The position numbers and the translations under genes were made by a program. This document shows, piece after piece, positions 8,603 through 16,803 of a stretch of 64,000 nucleotides of DNA. Source of the DNA: an uncultured Oscillospiraceae bacterium (lineage in GTDB: Bacteria; Bacillota; Clostridia; Oscillospirales; Oscillospiraceae); NCBI GenBank assembly GCA_947587025.1, contig CANPXW010000002.1, positions 3,567-67,566 of the forward strand, in the 5' to 3' direction. The first letter of the stretch is position 1. Each line of letters opens with the position of its first letter. The notes under the pieces are model-generated. The model was not told the origin of the DNA, made no database searches, and saw only the letters and a list, made by a program, of their open reading frames with translations.

Positions 8603-9259
8603 TCATTCCTCTGTCTGCTCTTCCTCCGAAGGCTCCGGCTCCGGTCTCGGCATGTAGGGGGCGAAGAGGCGCTCGGCGAACAGCGAGCACAAAAGCGCCG
8701 CCAGGCCCGGCGTGAACAGCGCCGGCAAAAACACGTGCCGGTAGGTGAACAGCGCCAGCTCCTCCACCAGCAGCGCCATCACCGCCGCCGACGGCAGATG
8801 CCCCAGCGTCAGCCGCACCGCCGTCTTCAAAAGCGGCCCGGCCGTGAAGGTGAACCGGGACAGGGTGAACATGGCCATCAGCCACACCCCCAGCGGCGCC
8901 AGCAGCAGGATACGGCAGGCGTACAGCCACACCAGCGCCGCCCGGCTGCCCCCCGCCGCCATCACGTAGGATACGTACCACATGGCGTATATCCCCGCCG
9001 CCAGGGCCAGAGCCGGCAGCGTCAGGAGCGTGGCGGGCTTAAAGCTGGAGCGGAAGGTGCGGAAGAACCGGGCATAGTCCCCCAGCTCTCCCCGGCGCAC
9101 GCCGTGGTACACCGCGTCGTACAGAGCCGTGGCGGCCGCGCCCACCGTGAACACCGGCAGAGAGCACACCACCCAGCACACGCTCAGCCCCACCACGTCG
9201 CATACCCTGGCAAATCCCCGCCAGAACCCGTTCATCGGGTCGAACATCCTGCCGAACAT
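8603..9259 (-). CDS. YesL/DUF624-family integral membrane protein
   Basis: N-terminus MFGRMFDPMNGFWRGFARVCDVVGLSVCWVVCSLPVFTVGAA matches the DUF624 pattern. Start set at ATG 9259, preceded by AAGGGGGGAG. Confidence 0.6.
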   Translation of the reverse strand: MFGRMFDPMNGFWRGFARVCDVVGLSVCWVVCSLPVFTVGAAATALYDAVYHGVRRGELGDYARFFRTFRSSFKPATLLTLPALALAAGIYAMWYVSYVMAAGGSRAALVWLYACRILLLAPLGVWLMAMFTLSRFTFTAGPLLKTAVRLTLGHLPSAAVMALLVEELALFTYRHVFLPALFTPGLAALLCSLFAERLFAPYMPRPEPEPSEEEQTEE

Positions 9260-9321
9260 CCCGCTCCCCCCTTCCGCACCCATTATAGCAAAAACATCCC
9301 CGGCCATCAAGGCCGGGGACC

Positions 9322-9397
9322 TGGAGCTAGTGGCCAGACTCGAACTGGCGACCTGCTGATTACGAATCAGCTGCTCTACCGACTGAGCTACACTAGC
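9322..9397 (-). tRNA. tRNA-Thr (anticodon CGT), 76 nt with encoded CCA
   Basis: The minus strand reads GCTAGTG TA GCTC AGTCGGT AGAGC A GCTGA TTCGTAA TCAGC AGGTC GCCAG TTCGAGT CTGGC CACTAGC T CCA. This gives a full cloverleaf with anticodon loop TT-CGT-AA. Confidence 0.9.
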
Positions 9398-9412
9398 GTT
9401 TCGCGCCCATGT

Positions 9413-9441
9413 ATTTTAGCATAGGCACCAGGGGAAGTCAA
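9413..9441 (-). promoter_or_regulatory. Sigma-A-type promoter candidate for tRNA-Thr
   Basis: The minus strand reads TTGACT (9441-9436), a 17-nt spacer, then TAAAAT (9418-9413), about 15 nt upstream of the tRNA 5' end. Confidence 0.6.
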
Positions 9442-9846
9442 CACAAAAAACTGATTACTGACTGTATTATATCCGGGAAAATGCATGTATCATCCCATAC
9501 GTATTTTCATTTTTCCGGCCCCGCGCTGCCGGCCGCCGCCGCGTTCGGTCCGGAAAAAGCCGCTTATCATCCGCCCTTTGTGGAAACTGACGGGACTCGC
9601 ATTTTAGTTTACATAAATTTTATTTTCATTTCTAATGCAGTAAGTTATCGACATTTTCAACAGACATTTCAACATCTGTTCAGCCCGCTTCCCAACTGCG
9701 TCTCACCAGGAATTGGAAAATTCTTCAAATTAATGAATCGTGTCCAGAAACAAATAGTTTCAATTTTTGATTTAACATAATCACCCTATTTTCATTCTCC
9801 TGCGAGCGTCCGCTCCCACTCTGCAGGACCGCTTGCATAAAACCCG

Positions 9847-10554
9847 TCACAAAGGCGGCAGATAGCCGCTGTCCGCCATGGATACGAAGTCGTCTCCGGC
9901 CACCACGATGTGGTCGGTGAGCATCACGCCCACGCTGGCCAGCACGTCGCGGATGTGGACCGTGGCGGCCACGTCCTCCTCCGAGGGGATGGCGAAGCCG
10001 CTGGCGTGGTTGTGGGCCAGCACCACCACCGAGGCGTTTTGCTCCAGGGCGGTCTGGACGATCTGCCGCACGTCCAGGCGCACGGACACGGTGCTGCCCA
10101 CGCCCAGCTGGCGGCAGTCCAGCACCTTCATCTTCGCGTCCATGCACAGCATATAGGCCATCTCGTCCCGGCCGCCGAAAAAGCGCGGCAGCAGATACCG
10201 GCCGATGGCGCCGCTGCTGGTCAGCGCCTGGCCGGGGTCCGTTTTGGCCATGAAATACCGCCGGGCCGCCGCAGGCACCAGCTTTATCAGCGTCACCGCG
10301 CCGGCGGTCATCCCCTCCGCCGCGTTTTTCAGCGCCTCCGGCCGGGCGTCGAACACCCCGTCCAGGCTGCCGAAGGCGTTCAGCAGCTGATGGGCCATGC
10401 GGTTGGTATCCCGCCGGGGCACCGCGAAAAACAGCAGCAGCTCCAGCACGTTGTGGTCGCTGAAGCTGTCCAGCCCGTGCTCCAGGAACCGCTCCTTCAT
10501 CCGCGCCCGGTGGCCGGTGTGGGTCGCGGGCGTCTTGTCATTTTTACCGTTCAT
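9847..10554 (-). CDS. radC: RadC-family JAMM-domain protein
   Basis: GHRARMKERF N-terminus, a helix-hairpin-helix-like region, and the JAMM motif VLAHNHASG. Start set at ATG 10554; the 658-aa track ORF is an upstream read-through artefact. Confidence 0.85.
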   Translation of the reverse strand: MNGKNDKTPATHTGHRARMKERFLEHGLDSFSDHNVLELLLFFAVPRRDTNRMAHQLLNAFGSLDGVFDARPEALKNAAEGMTAGAVTLIKLVPAAARRYFMAKTDPGQALTSSGAIGRYLLPRFFGGRDEMAYMLCMDAKMKVLDCRQLGVGSTVSVRLDVRQIVQTALEQNASVVVLAHNHASGFAIPSEEDVAATVHIRDVLASVGVMLTDHIVVAGDDFVSMADSGYLPPL

Positions 10555-10638
10555 ACATTCTTCACGCCTGAGGCGTTGCCTCTTTCCGCATTTTGTGCTA
10601 TACTTTATTCCTACTTCTGGAGAAAGGGGGACGGGCCC

Positions 10639-11796
10639 TTGCATCTGAAATTCTCCGACATCCGTGATTTCCTCAAGAGAACGGATCTGCTGCTGTTCTT
10701 TTTGAGCCTGGCGGCGGCGATCATGGGGCTGGTGGCCATCTCCAGCGCCACGGCCACCATGGGCCAGTCCTACATATATGTGCAGCTGTTCGCGCTGGTC
10801 ATCGGCATCGTGCTGTTCTTCGTCTTCACGGTCATCGACGCAGACATATTCGCTGACCAGTGGCCGCTGCTGGCGGTGGCGGAATTCGTGCTGATCGGCA
10901 TGCTGGCCATATTCGGCAGCCATGATGACACGGGCAACCGGGCCTGGATACGCTTTCTGGGCATCGGTCTGCAGCCGGCGGAGGTGGTGAAGGTCATCTA
11001 CATCGTGCTGATGGCCAAGCACCTGACATACCTGAAGGAATACCGCAACCTCAGCTCGCCCCTGTCCGTGTTCCAGCTGGTGCTCCATCTGCTGCTGCTG
11101 TTCGGGCTGTACATGGTCATCTCCGGCGATCTGGGCAATGCGCTGGTGTTCATCTTCGTGTTCGCGGTGATGATCTTCGCCGCTGGACTGAAGCTGTATT
11201 GGTTCGTGTTCGGCGCGGCGGCCATGGCGGTGGCCATCCCCCTGGCGTGGAACTACGTGCTCAACGACACCCAGAAAAACCGCATCCTGCTGCCCTATAT
11301 GCAGGACACCATCGACCCCTCCGGCTTTGGCATCAGCTGGGAGCCCACCCGCGCCAAGCTGGCCCTGTCCTCCGGGCGGCTGTGGGGCACGGGCCTTTAC
11401 CAGGGAACCCAGACCCAGACCGCTGTGGGCGGGCTGCGCAGCAAGCACGCGGACTATATCTTCGCCTGCATCGGCGAGGAGATGGGCATGGTGGGCTGCA
11501 TCGCGGTGATATTGCTGCTGACGGCCATCATCCTGCGGTGCGTGTACGTGGGCCTGCACTGTCACAGCACCTTCGGCATGCTGGTGTGCTTCGGCATGGC
11601 GTCCATGCTGTGCTTCCAGCTGTTCAACAGCGTGGGCATGTGCACGGGCCTGACGCCGGTCATCGGCCTGACGCTGCCGTTCTTCAGCTACGGAGGCTCG
11701 TCGCTGTTCACCATGTTCGCCGCCATGGGCATCGTCTCCGGCATCCATTACCGACCTAAACCGGCCCAGTTCCGGGCCTATTCGTCCATGTTCTGA
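10639..11796 (+). CDS. rodA: SEDS-family peptidoglycan polymerase (RodA/FtsW/SpoVE)
   Basis: Polytopic protein with SEDS C-terminal signature LPFFSYGGSS. Probable TTG start at 10639, in frame and preceded by GGAGAAAGGGGGA. The exact start is uncertain. Confidence 0.8.
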   Translation: MHLKFSDIRDFLKRTDLLLFFLSLAAAIMGLVAISSATATMGQSYIYVQLFALVIGIVLFFVFTVIDADIFADQWPLLAVAEFVLIGMLAIFGSHDDTGNRAWIRFLGIGLQPAEVVKVIYIVLMAKHLTYLKEYRNLSSPLSVFQLVLHLLLLFGLYMVISGDLGNALVFIFVFAVMIFAAGLKLYWFVFGAAAMAVAIPLAWNYVLNDTQKNRILLPYMQDTIDPSGFGISWEPTRAKLALSSGRLWGTGLYQGTQTQTAVGGLRSKHADYIFACIGEEMGMVGCIAVILLLTAIILRCVYVGLHCHSTFGMLVCFGMASMLCFQLFNSVGMCTGLTPVIGLTLPFFSYGGSSLFTMFAAMGIVSGIHYRPKPAQFRAYSSMF

Positions 11797-11823
11797 CGCA
11801 GGACCGACGATAAAAAGCAGCAA

Positions 11824-11856
11824 AGCAGCAGACGGCCGGGCCGTCTGCTGCTTTTT
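11824..11856. terminator. Intrinsic terminator after rodA
   Basis: AGCAGCAGACGGC / GCCGTCTGCTGCT 13-bp stem followed by TTTT. Confidence 0.8.
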
Positions 11857-11858
11857 CC

Positions 11859-12668
11859 TCAGTATTCCGGGGGCTGGGGGCCGGGAGAGGGTATATCCTC
11901 CGCCGACCAGGCGGCTCCGGCGATGCGCTCATAGAAGCCGGCGTTGGTGATCTGCTGGTAGGCCGTCAGCCACACCATCAGCGCCAGTCCCAGCACCGGC
12001 ACCAGGCACAGCAGTCCCCAGCCCAGAAAGCTCAGGTCCAGCACGAAGGCCTCCCACCGGTGCCCCCGCATCAGCCGGCGGCTGAGCTGCACGCACTGCC
12101 AGCTGGAGCGGGTGGGGTCGTCCAGCATGATATACGTGGCCAGCCGGTAGGAGTACAGCGCCATGAGCGCCGGGAGCATCAGCGGCAGCCCCAGCACGCC
12201 CCACCACAGCTGACCGGTCATCACGATCATGGTAGAGACCGGCACTGCGTACAGCGCGGACCACAGCCCCACCAGCAGATCGGGCAGCAGCTGGATCCAG
12301 ATGGCCTGGAAGAACACGCCGAAGGAGTCGAACAGATCGCCCACGCCGGCCTTCTGCCGCCGCCAGACCCGCATGGAGTAGAGCACGAAGCCCACCGCCA
12401 GCTCCCAGAACATGATCTGCACCGCCAGGCCCAGCAGCCAGCCCAGCAGGCCGCCGGCTGCCTGAGGCTCCACATACGTTATCCGCCCCTCCAGCGCCTC
12501 GGCGTACATCGCGCGCATCGCCGCGAGCGATCCGTCCAGGCTCATGGCCAGAACGTTGAGTATCACCGCGATGCCGATCAGCGCCAGCGCCACCCAGAAG
12601 GGCGCCGGCCGGGCGGCGGACATGGCCTGCTTTGCCTCGCTTTTGAGCTGTTTTCTGTCAATGGTCAC
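11859..12668 (-). CDS. DUF975-family integral membrane protein
   Basis: N-terminus MTIDRKQLKSEAKQAMS followed by several TM segments. The pattern is typical of DUF975. Confidence 0.65.
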   Translation of the reverse strand: MTIDRKQLKSEAKQAMSAARPAPFWVALALIGIAVILNVLAMSLDGSLAAMRAMYAEALEGRITYVEPQAAGGLLGWLLGLAVQIMFWELAVGFVLYSMRVWRRQKAGVGDLFDSFGVFFQAIWIQLLPDLLVGLWSALYAVPVSTMIVMTGQLWWGVLGLPLMLPALMALYSYRLATYIMLDDPTRSSWQCVQLSRRLMRGHRWEAFVLDLSFLGWGLLCLVPVLGLALMVWLTAYQQITNAGFYERIAGAAWSAEDIPSPGPQPPEY

Positions 12669-12683
12669 TTTTTACGCTCCTTT

Positions 12684-13184
12684 TTATTTCCGGTAACGGC
12701 CCAGGGCCCGCACCAGATACATGCTCCCCAGTCCGGTGAACGCGCCGGTGAGGATGGCCGCCGCCAGCAGCGCCGGGCCGTACCACAAAAGCCCCGGCGT
12801 GCCCGTCACGGCGACGGCCGCCGCCAGCTGCCCGGCGTTGTGGCCGATGGCGCCGAACACGCTCACCACCCACAGCAGCTTCTCCGGGAACAGCCCCAGC
12901 AGGGCCGCCATCACGCACCAGCTGACCACGCCGCCGGTCAGCGAGTACAGCAGCGCCGAGACGCTGCCCGCGAACAGCGCCGACAGCAGCACCCGCGCCA
13001 GCAGGATGCACCCGGCCTCCTTCCGGCCCAGCAGCGCCATGGCCGTGAGCGTGACCACGCTGGCCAGCCCCAGCTTCACCCCCGGCACGGGGATGGGGGC
13101 CGGTATCTGCCCCTCGATGACCCACACCGTCAGCTCGATGGCCGTCAGCAGGGCCATGAATACCAGTTTGCGCGTCTTGCTCAT
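12684..13184 (-). CDS. Gx transporter family protein (heptaprenyl diphosphate synthase component I-like membrane protein)
   Basis: MSKTRKLVFMALLTAIELTVWVIEGQIPAPIPVPGVKLGLA is the family-typical N-terminus. It lies directly downstream of a NusG-II gene, its usual partner. Confidence 0.7.
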   Translation of the reverse strand: MSKTRKLVFMALLTAIELTVWVIEGQIPAPIPVPGVKLGLASVVTLTAMALLGRKEAGCILLARVLLSALFAGSVSALLYSLTGGVVSWCVMAALLGLFPEKLLWVVSVFGAIGHNAGQLAAAVAVTGTPGLLWYGPALLAAAILTGAFTGLGSMYLVRALGRYRK

Positions 13185-13185
13185 C

Positions 13186-13521
13186 TTATCCTTCGATCTC
13201 GATCACAAGCCGGTGGGGCAGGCATACGACAGGGACCAGCCCGTCGGATATGCTCCCCTGCTCCACGCAGTCCTGATTGGGGCAGTCCGCCGCCGCCACG
13301 CCGATGGCTCCCGGCTCCACGCGCACGGTGTTCCAGCCCCATTCGGTCTGGACGGTGAACTCGTAGGGCTCCGTGACCGCGTCCAGGTCCACCGTCCGGT
13401 ACTCCCGGCCGTCCACGGATATGACCGCCCTCGTGCCGCCGCCGTGCAGCAGGGCCAGCCCCGCCGCCAGCAGGAACAGGACCGAGAACAGTCCCGCCCA
13501 AAAAACTGTTTTTCGCTTCAT
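13186..13521 (-). CDS. NusG domain II-containing membrane-anchored protein
   Basis: Signal/TM segment, then CPNQDCV and CLPHRLVIEI motifs typical of this small family. Confidence 0.7.
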   Translation of the reverse strand: MKRKTVFWAGLFSVLFLLAAGLALLHGGGTRAVISVDGREYRTVDLDAVTEPYEFTVQTEWGWNTVRVEPGAIGVAAADCPNQDCVEQGSISDGLVPVVCLPHRLVIEIEG

Positions 13522-13523
13522 AG

Positions 13524-13552
13524 TTTACATTTTAGTTACAATATCGTATAAT
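13524..13552 (+). promoter_or_regulatory. Sigma-A-type promoter candidate for the FHA-SEDS/PBP operon
   Basis: TTTACA (13524-13529), 17-nt spacer, TATAAT (13547-13552). Confidence 0.55.
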
Positions 13553-13631
13553 GTCAATACGAATCTGCCTCTGCGGATGGAGAAAACTTTGCAAACATGC
13601 CTCATTCCCCGGAAAGGAGGGCTATAAGTAT

Positions 13632-15479
13632 ATGGACATCGTATCGGCCATCTTCGGCCAGTCCGCCGCCATGCTGGCGGGCATATCCCGGTACATCCTG
13701 CCGCTGGCGGCGCTGCTGATCGTGGTGCGGTGCATCCGCAGCATGCTCCGGGAGCACTACGAGCCGGAGACCTGGGCCTATCTCTATCTCACCGGCGGCC
13801 AGATGATACCCCTGCGGCACTGGGAGTGCATCCTGGGCCGGGCCAAGAGCGTGGACGCCCAGATCGACGACCCCGCTGTGGAGCGGCTGCACACCTGCCT
13901 GATACGGGACGCCACCGGCCTGTGGCAGGTATATAATCTTGGCAAGGGCGAGACCTACGTCAACGGCGAGCTGGTGCCCACCGGCGGCGCGCTCATCCAG
14001 GACGCAGACGTGCTCTCCCTGGGGCCGGTATCGGCCCGGTTCGTGGACCTGACGGAGGAGGAGCGGGCAAGCCTGCTCAAGTACCGCCACGCCCCCGGAC
14101 GCCAGGTGCGGCCGGGCGTGACGCTGCTGCTGCTGACCTGCTTCCAGATACTTTTGCTGCTGCAGCAGCTGGTGTACAACCCGGACGCGGGCCTGGGCGT
14201 GGCCATCGCCTTCGGTGAGGTGACGGCGATCCAGTGGGTCTACTTCATCGTGCTGCGGGCCTCGGGCCAGACGGGCTTCGAGCCGGAGCTGCTGGCCTTT
14301 TTCCTCAGCTCCGTGGGCATGAGCATGGCCGCCTCCAAAACGCCGGGAGACATGACCAAGTACATCATCCTGTTCGCCGTGTCGGTGGGCCTGTACGTAT
14401 TCCTGTGCCTGTGGATACGGGACCTGAAGCGGGTCAAGTCCGTGCGCCTGTACGCCTTCATCGCGGCGGTGGGCCTGCTGGCGGTGACGCTGGTGCTGGC
14501 CCCGGAGCGCAACGGCGCCCACAGCTGGATCGAGATAGGCTCCTTCACCATCCAGCCGTCGGAGTTCGTGAAGGTGCTGTACATCTACGCCGGCGCGGCC
14601 ACTCTGGACCGGCTGTTCGTCAACCGGAACCTGATATTCTACATCGGCTTTTCCGCCGCCTGCGTGGGCCTGCTGGCCCTGATGGGCGACTTCGGCACGG
14701 CGCTGGTGTTCTTCGTCACCTTCCTGGTCATCTCCTTCATGCGCTCGGGCAGCTTCGCCACGGTGTTTCTGGCCGTGGCCGGGGCGGTGCTGGGCGTGAT
14801 GCTGGTGGTGACCGTCAAGCCCCACGTGGTGGCCCGGTTCCAGACCTGGGGCCATGTGTGGGACGACATATACGGCAACGGCTTTCAGCAGGTGCGGGCC
14901 ATGAGCGCCGCCGCCAGCGGCGGGCTGTTCGGCCAGGGCTCCGGCCACGGCTGGCTGGTGGACATCTACGCCGCCGAGACGGACATGGTGTTCGCGGTCA
15001 TCAGCGAGGAGCTGGGGCTGATAACGGCCCTGTGCTGCGTCGCGTCCATCCTGGCCATGGCCATGTTCGTGGTGAAGAACGCCTCCTCCGGCCGGTCCTC
15101 CTACTTCGTCATCGCCGCCGCCGCCACCATGAGCATGATGCTGGTGCAGGTGATCCTGAACGTATACGGCACCATGGACATCCTGCCCTTCACCGGGGTC
15201 ACGTTCCCCTTCGCCTCGGTGGGCGGCAGCAGCCTGATCGCCTGCTGGATGCTGCTGGCCTTCGTCAAGGGCTCCGACATCCGCGCCAACGCCAGCTTCG
15301 CCGTCAAGCGGCCGGAGCGGTTCTCCGGCGGTATAGGCGTGGAAGAGCCGCCCGTGGACGACGGCTATGACCAGACGTCCTACGACGGAGAGGACTATCC
15401 CGACGACGGGTACTACGATGGGGACGGGTACTACGACGGAGATGACGGCGGGTACTACGACCAGGGGAGGCGCGCATGA
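13632..15479 (+). CDS. FHA-domain-fused SEDS (FtsW/RodA-family) peptidoglycan polymerase with an acidic Tyr/Asp/Gly-rich C-terminal tail
   Basis: N-terminal TM segment. FHA-like segment ILGRAKSVDAQIDDPAVERLHTCLIRD...WQVYNLGKGETYVNGE. SEDS core ending FPFASVGGSS. Tail DDGYYDGDGYYDGDDGGYYD. Start at ATG 13632 after GGAAAGGAGGG. Confidence 0.85.
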   Translation: MDIVSAIFGQSAAMLAGISRYILPLAALLIVVRCIRSMLREHYEPETWAYLYLTGGQMIPLRHWECILGRAKSVDAQIDDPAVERLHTCLIRDATGLWQVYNLGKGETYVNGELVPTGGALIQDADVLSLGPVSARFVDLTEEERASLLKYRHAPGRQVRPGVTLLLLTCFQILLLLQQLVYNPDAGLGVAIAFGEVTAIQWVYFIVLRASGQTGFEPELLAFFLSSVGMSMAASKTPGDMTKYIILFAVSVGLYVFLCLWIRDLKRVKSVRLYAFIAAVGLLAVTLVLAPERNGAHSWIEIGSFTIQPSEFVKVLYIYAGAATLDRLFVNRNLIFYIGFSAACVGLLALMGDFGTALVFFVTFLVISFMRSGSFATVFLAVAGAVLGVMLVVTVKPHVVARFQTWGHVWDDIYGNGFQQVRAMSAAASGGLFGQGSGHGWLVDIYAAETDMVFAVISEELGLITALCCVASILAMAMFVVKNASSGRSSYFVIAAAATMSMMLVQVILNVYGTMDILPFTGVTFPFASVGGSSLIACWMLLAFVKGSDIRANASFAVKRPERFSGGIGVEEPPVDDGYDQTSYDGEDYPDDGYYDGDGYYDGDDGGYYDQGRRA

Positions 15480-16789
15480 GAAAAGTGACTACCCGGGCCT
15501 TCGCGGTGCTGCTGCTGGCGGCGCTGGTGGTGGCCGGCATGGGCGTGTACTTGTTCCGTCTGGTCAAGGACGGCGGCGATTGGGCGGCCTTTTACGCCAA
15601 CGACAGCGTGTACACCAACGGCAAGCTGAACCGGGGCTCCATCACCGACCGGGACGGCGTGGTGCTGGCCTCGGCGGGGGAGGACGGCTTCCGCTATGCC
15701 GACGACAGCTCCGTCCGCCGGGGCTGCCTGCACGTGGTGGGCGACCTGGACGGCAACATCGGCACCAGCATGCTGTCCGTGTTCCGCTCCCGGTTCATCA
15801 ACTACTCCTTCCTCACCGGCACTACCACCGAGGGCGGCGCCATGCAGCTGACCATCGACGCGGAGGTCTCTGCGGCGGCCTATGACGCCCTGGCGGGCAT
15901 GAAGGGCACCGTGCTGGTGTACAACTACCAGACCGGCGAGATCATCTGCATGGTCTCCACCCCCGGCTGGGACCCCCAGGAGGGCGTCACCTTCGATGTG
16001 AACGACTCCGCCTACGAGGGCGCGTTCATCAACCGGGCCATCAGCTCCCGCTTTACCCCCGGCTCGGTGTTCAAGCTGGTGACCATGGCCGCCGCCATCG
16101 AGACCATCCCCGATCTCTGGGACCAGACCTTCACCTGTAATGGCAGCACCATCATCGGCAGCCAGAAGGTCAACTGCACCGGCTACCACGGCACCATCGG
16201 CGTGGAGCAGGGGCTGGCCTGCTCCTGCAACGTGGTGTTCGGTGAGCTGGGCCGGCAGCTGGGCGGGGCGCGCATCAGCCAGTACGCGGAGAAGTACGGA
16301 TTGACCAGCGAGCACACCCTCAACGGCAAGATACCCACCGCCGCCGGCAGCGTGCCCGCCGCCCAGGGGGACGGCGACGCGGCCTGGTCCGCCATCGGCC
16401 AGTACGAGGACCTTATCAACCCCTACTCCTTCCTGCGCTTCATCGGCGCCATCGCCAACGGCGGCGTGGCGGTGGAGCCCACCATCCTGGCGGGCAAGAG
16501 CGCCGGTTCCGAGCGGATCATGGAGCCGGGCACCGCCCAGACGCTCTCGGAGATGATGAGCTACAACGTCTCCTACGAGTACGGCACCTGGGCCTATCCG
16601 GGGCTGGACATGCACGCCAAGACCGGCACCGCCGAGACAAACGGCGGCACCCACGCCTGGTTCGCCGGCTTCATCACCAACAAGCCCCTGGCCTTCGTGG
16701 TCATGGCCGAGCGGGCCGGCAGCGGCTACGGCGTGGCCTCCCCCATCGCCAACACAGTTCTGCAAAAGGCGGTCTCCGTCCTGGACTGA
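15476..16789 (+). CDS. Class B penicillin-binding protein (PbpA-like transpeptidase)
   Basis: N-terminal TM anchor. SxxK (PGSVFK), SxN (SCN) and KTG (KTGTAE) motifs. ATGA overlap with the upstream SEDS gene. Confidence 0.85.
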   Translation: MRKVTTRAFAVLLLAALVVAGMGVYLFRLVKDGGDWAAFYANDSVYTNGKLNRGSITDRDGVVLASAGEDGFRYADDSSVRRGCLHVVGDLDGNIGTSMLSVFRSRFINYSFLTGTTTEGGAMQLTIDAEVSAAAYDALAGMKGTVLVYNYQTGEIICMVSTPGWDPQEGVTFDVNDSAYEGAFINRAISSRFTPGSVFKLVTMAAAIETIPDLWDQTFTCNGSTIIGSQKVNCTGYHGTIGVEQGLACSCNVVFGELGRQLGGARISQYAEKYGLTSEHTLNGKIPTAAGSVPAAQGDGDAAWSAIGQYEDLINPYSFLRFIGAIANGGVAVEPTILAGKSAGSERIMEPGTAQTLSEMMSYNVSYEYGTWAYPGLDMHAKTGTAETNGGTHAWFAGFITNKPLAFVVMAERAGSGYGVASPIANTVLQKAVSVLD

Positions 16790-16803
16790 GACCTGGATAA
16801 GCT

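Noticed and set aside
9409-9780. 123-aa ORF in the AT-rich region next to tRNA-Thr.
   Set aside because: It has no ribosome-binding site, an odd composition and no recognisable motif. It spans the tRNA promoter and is most likely non-coding.
9847-11823. 658-aa minus-strand ORF and 628-aa plus-strand ORF (9910-11796), taken at face value.
   Set aside because: Each is a chimera. Only the C-terminal 235 aa of the minus ORF is RadC, and only the C-terminal 385 aa of the plus ORF is RodA. The remainders overlap each other antisense and are read-through of open frames.
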